Assembly: GCA_949746675.1 (NCBI GenBank)
Contig: CATKDT010000033.1
Span: 2,032-66,031, forward strand
DNA from: an uncultured Clostridia bacterium
Lineage (GTDB): Bacteria > Bacillota > Clostridia > TANB77 > CAG-508
DNA length: 64,000 bases
Direction: 5' to 3'
Part shown: piece after piece, positions 20,903 through 33,253 of the stretch
Position numbering within the stretch: position 1 is the stretch's first letter
Layout: every line of letters begins with the position of its first letter
The notes under the pieces: model-generated
What the model saw: the letters and a program-made list of their open reading frames with translations, nothing else
What the model was told of the DNA's origin: nothing
Database searches by the model: none
Translations under genes and position numbers: made by a program

Positions 20903-21604
20903 ATGATAGCAATAACAATTTGTGAATTATTAGCATTTTTAGGAAATAGCACATTTCTTGTAGGATACATATCAAACAATAACTTGTTTCCAGAAGCTCT
21001 AAATAGTGAAGAAGAAAAGAAATATATTAGTTTAATGAAACAAGGAGATGAAGAAGCAAGGAATATTTTAATAGAACATAATCTTAGATTAGTTGCACAT
21101 GTATGTAAAAAATATTCTAATTCTAATATTGACCAAGATGACTTAATATCAATAGGCTCAATTGGTTTAATAAAAGGAATTAACACATATAATGCAGATA
21201 AAGCAATAAAGCTGTCTACATATATATCAAAATGTATAGATAATGAGATACTTATGTATTTTAGGTCTACTAAAAAACAAAATAATGAAGTATATTTAGA
21301 TGACCCAATAGGTAAAGACAAAGATGATAATGTAATAACATTAGAAGATATACTTGAAAATGATGAAAGAAGAGTTGATGATGAAATTGACTTAAAAATG
21401 AAAATTGCAAAACTATATTCAAAAGTAAAAAGCATATTAAAAGATAGAGAAAAAACAATTATAGAATTACGTTTTGGATTAAATGGAAAAAAACCAAAAA
21501 CTCAAAATGAAATTGCAAAAAACTTAGGAATATCAAGAAGCTATGTTTCTAGAATTGAGACTAAAGCTATTGGAAAACTTGCAAAAGAGTTTGAAGAAAT
21601 TTGA
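20903..21604 (+). CDS. sigK: Sporulation sigma factor SigK (pro-sigma-K), uninterrupted
   Basis: Pro-sequence plus FLVGYISNNNLFPEALNSEEEKKYISLMKQGDEEARNILIEHNLRLVAHV, and region 4 QNEIAKNLGISRSYVSRIETKAI. The protein matches B. subtilis SigK along its length as I recall it. Confidence 0.85.
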   Translation: MIAITICELLAFLGNSTFLVGYISNNNLFPEALNSEEEKKYISLMKQGDEEARNILIEHNLRLVAHVCKKYSNSNIDQDDLISIGSIGLIKGINTYNADKAIKLSTYISKCIDNEILMYFRSTKKQNNEVYLDDPIGKDKDDNVITLEDILENDERRVDDEIDLKMKIAKLYSKVKSILKDREKTIIELRFGLNGKKPKTQNEIAKNLGISRSYVSRIETKAIGKLAKEFEEI

Positions 21605-21640
21605 AAGATAATTGGCGAATAACGCTGTCATACTACAATT

Positions 21641-21681
21641 AAAATCAAATCAACGTGCAGAAAGCACGTCTCATTGATTTT
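21641..21681 (+). terminator. Hairpin terminator after sigK
   Basis: AAAATCAA..ACGTGC-agaaa-GCACGT..TTGATTTT, an interrupted stem ending in a T-run. Confidence 0.5.
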
Positions 21682-21748
21682 AATCTTGTATTCCTAGTAC
21701 TATACCAATTCTATTTCAAATTTAGTTATTATCAAAGGAGGAAAATTT

Positions 21749-22942
21749 ATGAAAATACTAGTATTAAACTGTGGAAGTTCATCTCTTAAATTTCAGCTAA
21801 TAGATATGGAAAAACATGAAAGGATGGCAAAAGGAAATTTTGAAAGAATAGGAGGAATGAAAACAACTCTAAAATTAAATGTAAGAGGACAAAAAGAAGA
21901 GATATTACGTATAGCAAGGGACTATGATGAGGCTATTGCATTTATTTTAGAGGTGTTAACTGCACCTAAGTATCAATTGTTAAATTCTCTGGAAGAAATA
22001 AAAGCAATAGGACATAGAATTGTTCATGGAGGTGAAAAATTCAGTCGTTCAGTATTAATTAATGAAGAAGTAATTTCAGAAATTGAAAGCTGTATAGATC
22101 TAGCTCCATTACATAATCCAGCAGGGGTAGCAGGAATAAGAGCAGCTAAAAAAGCTCTTCCTAATGTACCAATGTGTGCTGTATTCGATACAGCATTCCA
22201 TCAAACAATGGAGCCTAAAGCGTATATCTATCAAATACCATATAGATATTATGCAAGTTACAAAATTCGAAAGTATGGCTTTCATGGAACTTCACATAAA
22301 TATGTAGCTCAAAGAATTCAAGAATTAATGAATGGACAAGAAAATTTAAAAATAATAAACTGTCATCTTGGACAAGGCGCTTCTGTATGTGCAATAAAGG
22401 ATGGAAAATCGATTGATACATCAATGGGATTAACTCCATTAGCAGGTATTCCAATGGGGACGAGAAGTGGAGATATTGACCCTGCAATAGTTCCATATAT
22501 AATGAAGAGAGACAATATTGGACCAGAAGAAATGGAAGACATATTAAACAAGCAATCAGGAGCATGGGGAATATCAGGTGTTTCATCATCTTTTAAAGAC
22601 ATCGAAGATGGATATTCTATGGGAGACCAACGTTCAATACTTGCACTTGAAAATCAGGCATATAGAATTGCACAATATATTGGACAATATATTGTATCAT
22701 TAGGAGGACTTGACATACTTTCTTTTGCAGGAGGCGTTGGAGAAAATGGGATTGAAACTAGAGAAAGAATATGTAAATATTTGGAACCACTAGGAATAAA
22801 ATTAGATTTAAATTTAAATAATGTGAAGGGAAAAGAAGGATGTATTTCAGCACCAGATTCTAAAGTAAAGATATACATAATTCCTACAAATGAAGAATTT
22901 ATGATAGCAAAAGAAACATATGATTTAGTATGCAAACTATAA
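21749..22942 (+). CDS. ackA: Acetate kinase
   Basis: MKILVLNCGSSSLKFQL, HRIVHGG, YGFHGTSH and PTNEEFMIA. Confidence 0.95.
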   Translation: MKILVLNCGSSSLKFQLIDMEKHERMAKGNFERIGGMKTTLKLNVRGQKEEILRIARDYDEAIAFILEVLTAPKYQLLNSLEEIKAIGHRIVHGGEKFSRSVLINEEVISEIESCIDLAPLHNPAGVAGIRAAKKALPNVPMCAVFDTAFHQTMEPKAYIYQIPYRYYASYKIRKYGFHGTSHKYVAQRIQELMNGQENLKIINCHLGQGASVCAIKDGKSIDTSMGLTPLAGIPMGTRSGDIDPAIVPYIMKRDNIGPEEMEDILNKQSGAWGISGVSSSFKDIEDGYSMGDQRSILALENQAYRIAQYIGQYIVSLGGLDILSFAGGVGENGIETRERICKYLEPLGIKLDLNLNNVKGKEGCISAPDSKVKIYIIPTNEEFMIAKETYDLVCKL

Positions 22943-22994
22943 TTTCCTTACAGTACCAAGTGATTACAAAAATAAAAAAAATCATCAAAAAATG

Positions 22995-23023
22995 TTTACA
23001 AGGTTGTCAAAATATGTTATAAT
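22995..23023 (+). promoter_or_regulatory. sigmaA-type promoter (extended -10) for the first cohesin gene
   Basis: TTTACA (22995-23000), a 17-nt spacer, then TGtTATAAT (-10 at 23018-23023). Confidence 0.5.
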
Positions 23024-23070
23024 AAAGTAGTTGAAAATGTATATTAAATTATAAAAGGGAGGACTTTTTT

Positions 23071-23769
23071 ATGAAAAAAATAATAAGCCTATTTGTATTA
23101 ATTATGATAGTACTATGTATGGCTAATGATACTATTGCTGCAATGCAATGTAAGATTGTATTAAGTCCAGAAGATACATCAGAAGTAACGACAAATGATG
23201 AATTTAAAGTTGATGTGAAAGTATCAGAAATATTTTCAGATAGAGGACTTGTTGCATTTGGAGCAATATTAGATTATGACAAAAATAGTTTAAAACTAGA
23301 GAAAATGGAAGGTGTAGGAGATTATTCTGCTCCAGCATATAATGAAGAAAATGGAAAAATACTTATAGAAAGAAATCCAACAAATCATAATGCTACAATG
23401 TTTACACTAACATTTAAAGTATTAAAAACTGATAATGTAAAGGTGACAATGAAGGATATTACAGTTTCAGATGGGACAGGGCTAGGCAAAGTAGAAACTC
23501 AAACATATACACCACAAATAAAAGCAGAAGTAACACCAACACCAACAATAACACCAGCTCCAACTGAAAAGCCAGGAAATAATAATCAAGGAGGAACTAA
23601 CCAAGGAGGTAGTGATCAAAAACCATCAGACACAACAATAAAAAAAGATGATAAGCTACCACAAACAGGATTAAATTCATTTAAAATACCTGGAATTATA
23701 CTTGGAGTAGTTGTAATTTTAGGAGTGTCATATAAAAAATATAAACATATGAATATGATATTAAGATAA
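23071..23769 (+). CDS. Cohesin-domain surface protein with an LPQTG sortase anchor
   Basis: Signal peptide. Cohesin-like block FKVDVKVSEIFSDRGLVAFGAILDYDKNSLKLEKMEG...ENGKILIE...MFTLTFKVLK...ITVSDGTG. A Pro/Thr linker follows, then LPQTG + TM helix + KKYKH tail. Confidence 0.7.
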   Translation: MKKIISLFVLIMIVLCMANDTIAAMQCKIVLSPEDTSEVTTNDEFKVDVKVSEIFSDRGLVAFGAILDYDKNSLKLEKMEGVGDYSAPAYNEENGKILIERNPTNHNATMFTLTFKVLKTDNVKVTMKDITVSDGTGLGKVETQTYTPQIKAEVTPTPTITPAPTEKPGNNNQGGTNQGGSDQKPSDTTIKKDDKLPQTGLNSFKIPGIILGVVVILGVSYKKYKHMNMILR

Positions 23770-23798
23770 TAAAAAAAAGAAAATTTAGTAAAAAAATA

Positions 23799-23827
23799 TT
23801 GACTATATCAAAAAAAATTGTTATAAT
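23799..23827 (+). promoter_or_regulatory. sigmaA-type promoter for the second cohesin gene
   Basis: TTGACT (23799-23804), a 17-nt spacer, then TGtTATAAT (-10 at 23822-23827). Confidence 0.5.
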
Positions 23828-23872
23828 GACTGAGCTAAAATAAAGTTATAGAAGAGAAAGGAATAAAAGATT

Positions 23873-24883
23873 ATGAAATTAAAGAAAATTGCAGTATCAA
23901 TACTATTAATTAGTATATTAGTAGCACAATTTGTATTTGTGCAATTTAGCAGAAATTCATTAGCAGCAGGAGAAACACCAGTAGTTACAATTAACTTAAA
24001 ATCAAATGATTCAATAGACATAACTAAATTACATAGAGAAGATGAATTTGAAGTAGTTGCAAGATTAAAAGAAGTAACAAATGCAGGAAAAGGAATAGTT
24101 GTTATAGGAGCAACATTAAATTATGACACAACAAAACTAGAGCTATTATCATTTAAAGGATCAAGCAATGGTGAAGACGATGAATGGAAACTAACAAAAA
24201 ATCAAAATAATGGAAAATTTGTCTTAGAACACGATGGATATGTTACAGCAGCTCAAGATATATTAAAACTAAAATTTAAAGTAAAAGCAAATGCAGCAGA
24301 ATCAACTGAAACTACACCATCAACAGCTACAATAGGTTTAACAAATATTACAACTAGTGGTGGTAATGGTGTAATTAAAGTAACAGATGCAAGTTTAGTA
24401 GCTACAATAGTAAAACCAGAAGAAAAACCAATTAAAGTATCATCAACAATATATAAAGTAGATGGTAATGACTGGGATATATCTAAAATAGAACCACAAA
24501 CAACTATTGCACAATTCTTAAGTAAAGTAACTATTGAAAATGCAGAAGCAAGTGATATAGTATTTACAGATAAAAATGGAACTGTTACAAACAACAACAA
24601 TGCTATTTTAAAAACTGGAATGAAACTTAAAATTGCTGATAAATTAACATATACTTTAATAGTAAAAGGTGATTTAGATGGTGAAGCAAATGAAAAGGGA
24701 GAAGTAGTAACTGAAAATGACCTTGCAATGATAAAATTACATTTTATAGGACATACTGTAATAACTAATCCAACTATTTTAAAAGCAGCAAATTATGATG
24801 ATGACGGAAACAGACAAATAACAGTGAATGATATAGCAATGATAAAATTAAATATATTAGGTTTATTAAATCAAACAAGATAA
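23873..24883 (+). CDS. Secreted adaptor-type protein: cohesin domain + beta-module + C-terminal dockerin-like repeats
   Basis: Signal peptide. Cohesin-like block FEVVARLKEVTNAGKGIVVIGATLNYDTTKLELLSFKG...NNGKFVLE...ILKLKFKVKA. C-terminal duplicated Ca-binding-type segments GDLDGEANEKGEVVTENDLAMIKLHFIG and ANYDDDGNRQITVNDIAMIKLNILG. Confidence 0.65.
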   Translation: MKLKKIAVSILLISILVAQFVFVQFSRNSLAAGETPVVTINLKSNDSIDITKLHREDEFEVVARLKEVTNAGKGIVVIGATLNYDTTKLELLSFKGSSNGEDDEWKLTKNQNNGKFVLEHDGYVTAAQDILKLKFKVKANAAESTETTPSTATIGLTNITTSGGNGVIKVTDASLVATIVKPEEKPIKVSSTIYKVDGNDWDISKIEPQTTIAQFLSKVTIENAEASDIVFTDKNGTVTNNNNAILKTGMKLKIADKLTYTLIVKGDLDGEANEKGEVVTENDLAMIKLHFIGHTVITNPTILKAANYDDDGNRQITVNDIAMIKLNILGLLNQTR

Positions 24884-24966
24884 TCAATATATTAAAAATA
24901 ATTATGTTAAATAGGGAGGAGTAGTACATTCCTTCCTATTTTTTAAAAAATGCTAGGAGGAGAAAA

Positions 24967-25575
24967 ATGAGAAAGAAAATAAATAGTCTAGTACAAATAA
25001 GCATATGTTTAATAATGGTTGTATTAACAAGTTTTTTACTAGGAAATGTATATGCAGATTGTAAGTGTGACGTAAATGTTTCAATATCAGAAACAGATTT
25101 AAAGAAAAGTGATAAATTTACAGTTGATGTAAACATTTCAAATATTCAATCAGAGATGGGAATAATGGCTTTTGGTACAACAATTGACTATGATAAGACA
25201 AGTTTAACTATTGAAAAAATAGAAGGACTTAATAATTGGGAAACACCAGTAAATGGAAGTTCATTTAATGTAGAAAATGGTAAAATTGCTATTACTAAAA
25301 GTGGTTTCGCAAAAGAAAACGAAACAATTATTAGAATAACTTTTCAAGTAACTGAAGAAAGTAAAAAAGACCTAAATGTTACACTAAAGGAAATTTCATT
25401 ATCAGATGGCACAGGAATAGTAAAAGTAGAAGATATAAGCAAAAGTATTACTGTAAAAAATGGGTCAAACAAAAAAAATAGCAATAAAGGTAAAGGTACG
25501 ATTATTACTGTGATAATAGTATTAGCCGTTCTTGGTCTAATAATATATAAAAACAAAAATACCAAGAAAAAATAA
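24967..25575 (+). CDS. Cohesin-domain protein with a C-terminal TM anchor
   Basis: Signal peptide. Cohesin-like block FTVDVNISNIQSEMGIMAFGTTIDYDKTSLTIEKIEG...ENGKIAIT...IIRITFQVTE...ISLSDGTG. C-terminus GTIITVIIVLAVLGLIIY-KNKNTKKK. Confidence 0.65.
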   Translation: MRKKINSLVQISICLIMVVLTSFLLGNVYADCKCDVNVSISETDLKKSDKFTVDVNISNIQSEMGIMAFGTTIDYDKTSLTIEKIEGLNNWETPVNGSSFNVENGKIAITKSGFAKENETIIRITFQVTEESKKDLNVTLKEISLSDGTGIVKVEDISKSITVKNGSNKKNSNKGKGTIITVIIVLAVLGLIIYKNKNTKKK

Positions 25576-25611
25576 ATATTAATGAAAATTTGAGAATGGA
25601 GAAAATAGAGT

Positions 25612-26994
25612 ATGGTTAAAGATATGGATACAATAGTAGCATTATGCAAAAGTAGAGGATATATATACCCAGGTTCTGAAATATATGGAGGACTTGCTAA
25701 TACTTGGGACTATGGTCCACTTGGTGTAGAATTAAAAAATAATGTAAAAAATTTATGGAGAAAGAAATTTATTCAAGAACAAAAAGACATAGTTGGTCTT
25801 GATGCAGCTATATTAATGAATCCAAAAACTTGGGAAGCTTCAGGTCATATTTCAAACTTCTCAGATCCACTAATTGATTGTAAAGAATGTAAAACTAGAC
25901 ACAGAGCTGACAAATTAATAGAAGAATGGGCACATCAAAACAAAGAAGATATAGTAGCAGACGGATGGAGTGATGAAGAAATGATAAAATATATCAATGA
26001 AAACAAAATCGCTTGTCCAAAATGTGGAAAAACAAATTTCACAGATATACGAAAATTTAATTTAATGTTTAAAACATTCCAAGGTGTAACAGAAGATACA
26101 ACATCAACAATATATTTAAGACCAGAAACAGCACAGGGAATATTTGTAGACTTTAAGAATGTAATGAGAACAACAAGAAAGAAGATACCAATGGGTATTG
26201 CACAAATAGGAAAAGCTTTCAGAAACGAAATTACTCCAGGAAACTTTACATTTAGAACACGTGAATTTGAACAAATGGAATTGGAATTTTTCTGTAAACC
26301 TGGAACTGATTTAGAATGGCACCAATATTGGAAAGACTTCTGTAAAAAATGGTTACTAGGGTTAGGAATGAAAGAAGAAAATATTCGTTTAAGAGACCAT
26401 TCAAAAGAAGAATTATCACATTACAGTAATGGAACAACTGATATAGAATTTGCTTTCCCATTTGGATGGGGAGAACTTTGGGGAATAGCGGACAGAACTA
26501 ATTATGATTTAACACAACATCAAAACGTCTCAAAAGAGGATTTAACATATTTAGATCCAGAAACAAATGAAAGATATATTCCATATGTTATAGAACCATC
26601 ACTAGGAGCAGACAGAGTAACATTAGCATTTTTATGCAATAGTTATGAAGAAGAAGACTTAGGAGAAGGAGATACAAGAATTGTATTACATTTACACCCA
26701 GCTTTAGCTCCATTTAAAGTAGCTGTATTACCACTTTCTAAAAAATTAAATGACAAAGCAAATGAAGTATTTGAAAAACTTTCAAAGAAATTTAGCTGTG
26801 ATTATGATGAAGCAGGTTCAATAGGAAAGAGATATAGAAGACAAGACGAAATAGGAACTCCATATTGTGTAACTATTGACTTTGATACTTTAGAAGACGA
26901 CCAAGTAACTATTAGAGATAGGGATACAATGGAGCAAATTCGTATGCCAATAGAAAAATTAGAAGGATATATTTCTGAAAAAATAGAATTTTAG
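25612..26994 (+). CDS. glyQS: Glycine--tRNA ligase (single-chain GlyQS type)
   Basis: [63 protein letters not shown] and IEPSLGADR. Confidence 0.95.
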   Translation: MVKDMDTIVALCKSRGYIYPGSEIYGGLANTWDYGPLGVELKNNVKNLWRKKFIQEQKDIVGLDAAILMNPKTWEASGHISNFSDPLIDCKECKTRHRADKLIEEWAHQNKEDIVADGWSDEEMIKYINENKIACPKCGKTNFTDIRKFNLMFKTFQGVTEDTTSTIYLRPETAQGIFVDFKNVMRTTRKKIPMGIAQIGKAFRNEITPGNFTFRTREFEQMELEFFCKPGTDLEWHQYWKDFCKKWLLGLGMKEENIRLRDHSKEELSHYSNGTTDIEFAFPFGWGELWGIADRTNYDLTQHQNVSKEDLTYLDPETNERYIPYVIEPSLGADRVTLAFLCNSYEEEDLGEGDTRIVLHLHPALAPFKVAVLPLSKKLNDKANEVFEKLSKKFSCDYDEAGSIGKRYRRQDEIGTPYCVTIDFDTLEDDQVTIRDRDTMEQIRMPIEKLEGYISEKIEF

Positions 26995-27055
26995 TTATTA
27001 TTTTGAGATAAAGTATGTTTGCTTTATCTCAAGATTAATTAAGAGGGAAGCGATA

Positions 27056-29208
<2,153 letters not shown>

Positions 29209-29235
29209 AAGTTAAAGTTATGGAGGAAAAATATT

Positions 29236-30849
29236 ATGGATTTATTACAAGAAAATCCTATGGGCGAAAGAGACAAGAAAAATAAGACTAGAAATAGCTT
29301 AATAATAATAGGCGTGTTAATAGTAATATTAGCAATAATAGCCATTGTAGTATATACATATAGTCAAAAATTAGCTAAAGATTCATTTAAAGTTTACATT
29401 GATACGATGAGAATAGGGAAGCTTGAAAACTATAATGTATTTGAAATAAGAGATGGAAAAGTATATGTATCAATAAGAGACATAGCACCTAACATAGGAT
29501 ATAGGGTTTATAATGGTGGCTACAAACAATATTCAGAAGATTTAACAAAATGTTATGTAACAAATTCAAAAGAATTGGTAAACTTTGTATCAGGAGAAAA
29601 ATCAATTAGAAAATATCCACAGATTGGAGAATCAGAATCTCAGAAGTTTGATCTTGATGAAGAAATATTTACTAAAGGAAACAATCTATACATTAGTTCA
29701 GAAGGACTTGCAAGAGCATTTAATTTATCAATAGCATATACGCAAGAAACTAATACAATAGAAATATTAACATTACCATATATATCAACATTATACGAAT
29801 CTAGAATTGCAACTGCATCTTTAAGTAAAAGTGGGTTAGAAGAAGCTTTAATATTTAGCAATCAAAAGGCAATATTACGTAATTTACTTGTTGTGCAAGA
29901 CCCTGAAACAAAACTATTTGGTGTAGCAAATACAAGCACAGGAACTTTAACAGATGTAATAACTTCACGATATACAAGTATCCAATTTATAGAGGGAATT
30001 GATGACTTCATAGTTATAAGTGAAGATGGAAAATATGGAATAATAGGCAATGATGGGATAACAAAAATAAATCCACAGTATGATAAGATAGCTGAAATAG
30101 ATAAAGATATAGGATTATATCTTGTGGAGAGTAATGGAAAGCAAGGAGTAGTAAACCAAAACGGAAAAATAATAATTTATCAAGACTATGATAAACTTGG
30201 ACTAGATGGACAAATTGAAGATGTAAATGTTACTAACAGGTATTTATTATATGGAAACTGTATACCTGTAAGAAGAGGTGGATTATGGGGAATTATTGAT
30301 AAAAATGGAAACCAGATACTTCCAATAGACTATAATGGAATAGGTTGTACAGTTGCACAAGATAAAAATAATACTACTGGAATAGTATTAATTCCAGAAA
30401 TGGAAGGTATAGTAATTGAAAAAGACCAAAAAGTTGGTAACGAAACAGTAAAAAAATATGGAATAGTAAGTGCTACAGGAGCAAACTTAATAAATATAGT
30501 AGCTGACTCAGCATATGCAACAACAATCGCAAATAAAACAACATATTATGTTAGTGTGCAAAATGAAGAAATTGATATTGTAAATTTCTGGCTTGAAAAT
30601 AAAGAAAGAGTTGATAAAGATTATGTTGGAAAAGAAAATACTACAAGTACTAATGATGTAGCAACAAATAGTACAGCTTTAAATCAAACAGTAACAGAAC
30701 CAACAGTGACACCAGATACACAAGTTACAACAATTCCAGAAATAACAGAAGATCCTAGTCAAACTCAAGTACCAGTACAAGGGAATCCAGCTACTACAAC
30801 AGTACCAGAAGGAACAGTAGCACCAATAGATTATGAAGCACAAAGATAG
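29236..30849 (+). CDS. Membrane-anchored WG-repeat protein with a Thr/Pro-rich tail
   Basis: N-terminal TM helix. Repeated units GKYGIIGNDGITKINPQYDKI, GKQGVVNQNGKIIIYQDYDKL and GLWGIIDKNGNQILPIDYNGI. Confidence 0.6.
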   Translation: MDLLQENPMGERDKKNKTRNSLIIIGVLIVILAIIAIVVYTYSQKLAKDSFKVYIDTMRIGKLENYNVFEIRDGKVYVSIRDIAPNIGYRVYNGGYKQYSEDLTKCYVTNSKELVNFVSGEKSIRKYPQIGESESQKFDLDEEIFTKGNNLYISSEGLARAFNLSIAYTQETNTIEILTLPYISTLYESRIATASLSKSGLEEALIFSNQKAILRNLLVVQDPETKLFGVANTSTGTLTDVITSRYTSIQFIEGIDDFIVISEDGKYGIIGNDGITKINPQYDKIAEIDKDIGLYLVESNGKQGVVNQNGKIIIYQDYDKLGLDGQIEDVNVTNRYLLYGNCIPVRRGGLWGIIDKNGNQILPIDYNGIGCTVAQDKNNTTGIVLIPEMEGIVIEKDQKVGNETVKKYGIVSATGANLINIVADSAYATTIANKTTYYVSVQNEEIDIVNFWLENKERVDKDYVGKENTTSTNDVATNSTALNQTVTEPTVTPDTQVTTIPEITEDPSQTQVPVQGNPATTTVPEGTVAPIDYEAQR

Positions 30850-30923
30850 TAAATGCTGGGAATTTATACAGCTAACCAAACATAAAATGCGATTAATAGT
30901 AAATAAAAAAGGAATTAAGAAGA

Positions 30924-31208
30924 ATGAATCTAGATTATATTATAAAAGTAATTATTATAGTGGTAATAATAATGATAATTTACTACCTAGGTACATTACA
31001 AAATAAAAAAAGAGATAAAGAACTAAAAGAAATGCAAGATTCCTTAAAAAAAGGAGACAAAATAATTACATTCTCTGGTTTAGCAGGAATAGTTGAAGAT
31101 ACTAAAGATGATAGAATAATTGTTAGTTTATATCCTAATAAGATAGTCGTTTCTATTGAAAAATGGGCTATTGCAGGATTGGATGACAGAACTATTGATT
31201 TTAAATAA
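30924..31208 (+). CDS. yajC: Preprotein translocase subunit YajC
   Basis: 94 aa with a single TM helix and GDKIITFSGLAGIVEDTKDDRIIV. Confidence 0.8.
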   Translation: MNLDYIIKVIIIVVIIMIIYYLGTLQNKKRDKELKEMQDSLKKGDKIITFSGLAGIVEDTKDDRIIVSLYPNKIVVSIEKWAIAGLDDRTIDFK

Positions 31209-31270
31209 TAATAGTAATAAACAGAAATTTCTCACATAAAATTAAAAAAAGTGTGTGAGAGGTGAAAGAT

Positions 31271-31678
31271 ATGACTGTTCAAAAAACAAATAAAGTTAAT
31301 AGTGAAACAAAAGTGCAAAATAACTTGATAAAAGTTATAAAAGGAAGTATAATATCAATATTAATTAGTTTAGTAATGTTACTAATTTTTGCTATTATTT
31401 TAACTTATACTAATATCCCAGAAACAATTATACCAACAACGATAATAACAATATCAGCAATTAGTATTCTAATTGGAAGTGTAATAAGTTCAATGAATAT
31501 TAAGAAGAATGGTATAGTAAATGGTGGTATAGTTGGAGCAATATATATTTTTACAATATATATGTTATCAAGCATTTTCATTACAGGATTTAATTTTAAT
31601 GTAAAATCATTAATAATGCTTGCTGTTTCAATTCTTGCTGGAATGATAGGAGGGATAATAGGAGTAAATAAGTTTTAA
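31271..31678 (+). CDS. Small four-helix membrane protein (resembles the clostridial family found between yajC and secD)
   Basis: The ATG is 8 nt after GAGAGG. Four hydrophobic helices. The call rests on position only. Confidence 0.5.
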   Translation: MTVQKTNKVNSETKVQNNLIKVIKGSIISILISLVMLLIFAIILTYTNIPETIIPTTIITISAISILIGSVISSMNIKKNGIVNGGIVGAIYIFTIYMLSSIFITGFNFNVKSLIMLAVSILAGMIGGIIGVNKF

Positions 31679-31748
31679 AATAGTTATAAAGGAGGTTTAT
31701 AGATATATCCGTTAAAAATCTAAATACATAATTTAAGGAAGAGTAAAA

Positions 31749-33227
31749 GTGAAAACACAAAAAGTATTAAACAAAGTATTAATTGTATTAATAGTAGTAT
31801 TATTATCTGTAGTATCATTTGGAGGAATTTATTACAAAGATAAGGGACAAATGGTTAGTAGAATTCCAGGGTATACTTTAGATGCAGACTTAGGAGGTTA
31901 TAGACAAGTTACATTAAATGTAGATGATAGCGATGATGAACATGATCATACACATGAAGAAGATACAACAACAGAGGGGAATAATACTGCATTAGAGAAC
32001 ACAAGCTCAGCAGAAGAAAACACTGTAGCAGAAAATGAAACTGCAAATAATACAGCAGAAGAGAAAAAAGAATATACAGCTGATGATTATAAAAAAACAG
32101 CTGAAACTATGAAGAAAAGATTAAAAAGTTTAGGTGTACAAAATTATCAATTACTACTTGATGAAAATACAGGAAAAATTTTATTAAGACTTCCTGAAAA
32201 TAGTCAAACAGATATAATTTTATCAGACATAAATGAGATAGGTAAGTTTTCAATTAAAGATAGTGAGACAAATGAAGAATTATTAAATAATAGTGATGTA
32301 AGAAGTGTTAATGTTTCATTAAGAGCAACAGAGTATTCAAATACTAATGCAATAGTAATGACAATTAACTTTAATACAAAAGGTGCTAGAAAATTCAAAC
32401 AAGTAACATCAGATTATCAAAATGTTGCTAATGAAATACTTGAAAATACTGGAGCAAATGAAACTAATACAGTAAATAATGAAACAAACACATCAAGTGA
32501 AAATGCTACAAATGAAACAAATACTACAACTGGAACATCTACTGAAAACAAGAAAAAAGAAGTAAAAATAAGTATAGATTCCTCAGATATGTTAACAACA
32601 AATTTCGATGAAATAATTGATAATGGCACATTATCATTAACAATAGGAGCAGCACAAGAAGAATTTGAAACTCAAATGTTTAGTGCATTAAACTTAGCTG
32701 CAATAATTGAAAATGATCCAATAGATGTAACATACTCAATAGTAGGAAATACTTATGTTGACGCAGCGATCGAAGATAATACTTTAAAAGCAATAGTATA
32801 TATTGAAACAGCAATTGCACTTGTAATTTTATTAATAATGGTAATAAAATATAGAGTAAGTGGAATATTAAGAGCAATTATATCAGTAGGATTTATAGCA
32901 GGATTACTACTTGTTATTAGATATACAAACGTTGCACTATCATTAGAAGGAATATTTGCAATAGAATTAGGCTTTATCATAAATGTAATCTATAATTTTA
33001 TGATATTAAAAGCAGAAAAAGAAGGAAAATTAGAAGGCAAAGAAAAGAACAATACTTTCAAAAAGATAATGAAGTCATACACATTAATTCTAGTACCGAT
33101 ATTAATAATAGCATTAGTTTATTGTTTCACACAATGGGCTGGAATGCTAAGTATAGGAATGGTATTATTTTGGAGCATTTTAATAAGTTGGGTATATAAC
33201 ACATTATTAAATAAATTTTTAGTATAA
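31749..33227 (+). CDS. secD: SecD-like protein-export membrane protein, divergent, with Asn/Thr/Glu-rich insertions
   Basis: GTG start after AAGGAAG. N-terminal TM helix, YTLDADLGGYRQVTLNV (compare LGLDL.GG), the head-domain block MKKRLKSLGVQNYQLLLDENTGKILLRLPE, and a C-terminal multi-TM bundle. Synteny with yajC supports the call. Confidence 0.6.
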   Translation: MKTQKVLNKVLIVLIVVLLSVVSFGGIYYKDKGQMVSRIPGYTLDADLGGYRQVTLNVDDSDDEHDHTHEEDTTTEGNNTALENTSSAEENTVAENETANNTAEEKKEYTADDYKKTAETMKKRLKSLGVQNYQLLLDENTGKILLRLPENSQTDIILSDINEIGKFSIKDSETNEELLNNSDVRSVNVSLRATEYSNTNAIVMTINFNTKGARKFKQVTSDYQNVANEILENTGANETNTVNNETNTSSENATNETNTTTGTSTENKKKEVKISIDSSDMLTTNFDEIIDNGTLSLTIGAAQEEFETQMFSALNLAAIIENDPIDVTYSIVGNTYVDAAIEDNTLKAIVYIETAIALVILLIMVIKYRVSGILRAIISVGFIAGLLLVIRYTNVALSLEGIFAIELGFIINVIYNFMILKAEKEGKLEGKEKNNTFKKIMKSYTLILVPILIIALVYCFTQWAGMLSIGMVLFWSILISWVYNTLLNKFLV

Positions 33228-33253
33228 AATACATTGAATGGAGCGAATATAAG

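Noticed and set aside
23520-23640. Short repetitive DNA (ACACCAACACCA..) here and at 55740-55830, considered as a possible repeat array or CRISPR.
   Set aside because: These stretches are in-frame Pro/Thr linker coding sequence of surface proteins. There is no repeat-spacer periodicity and no cas genes.
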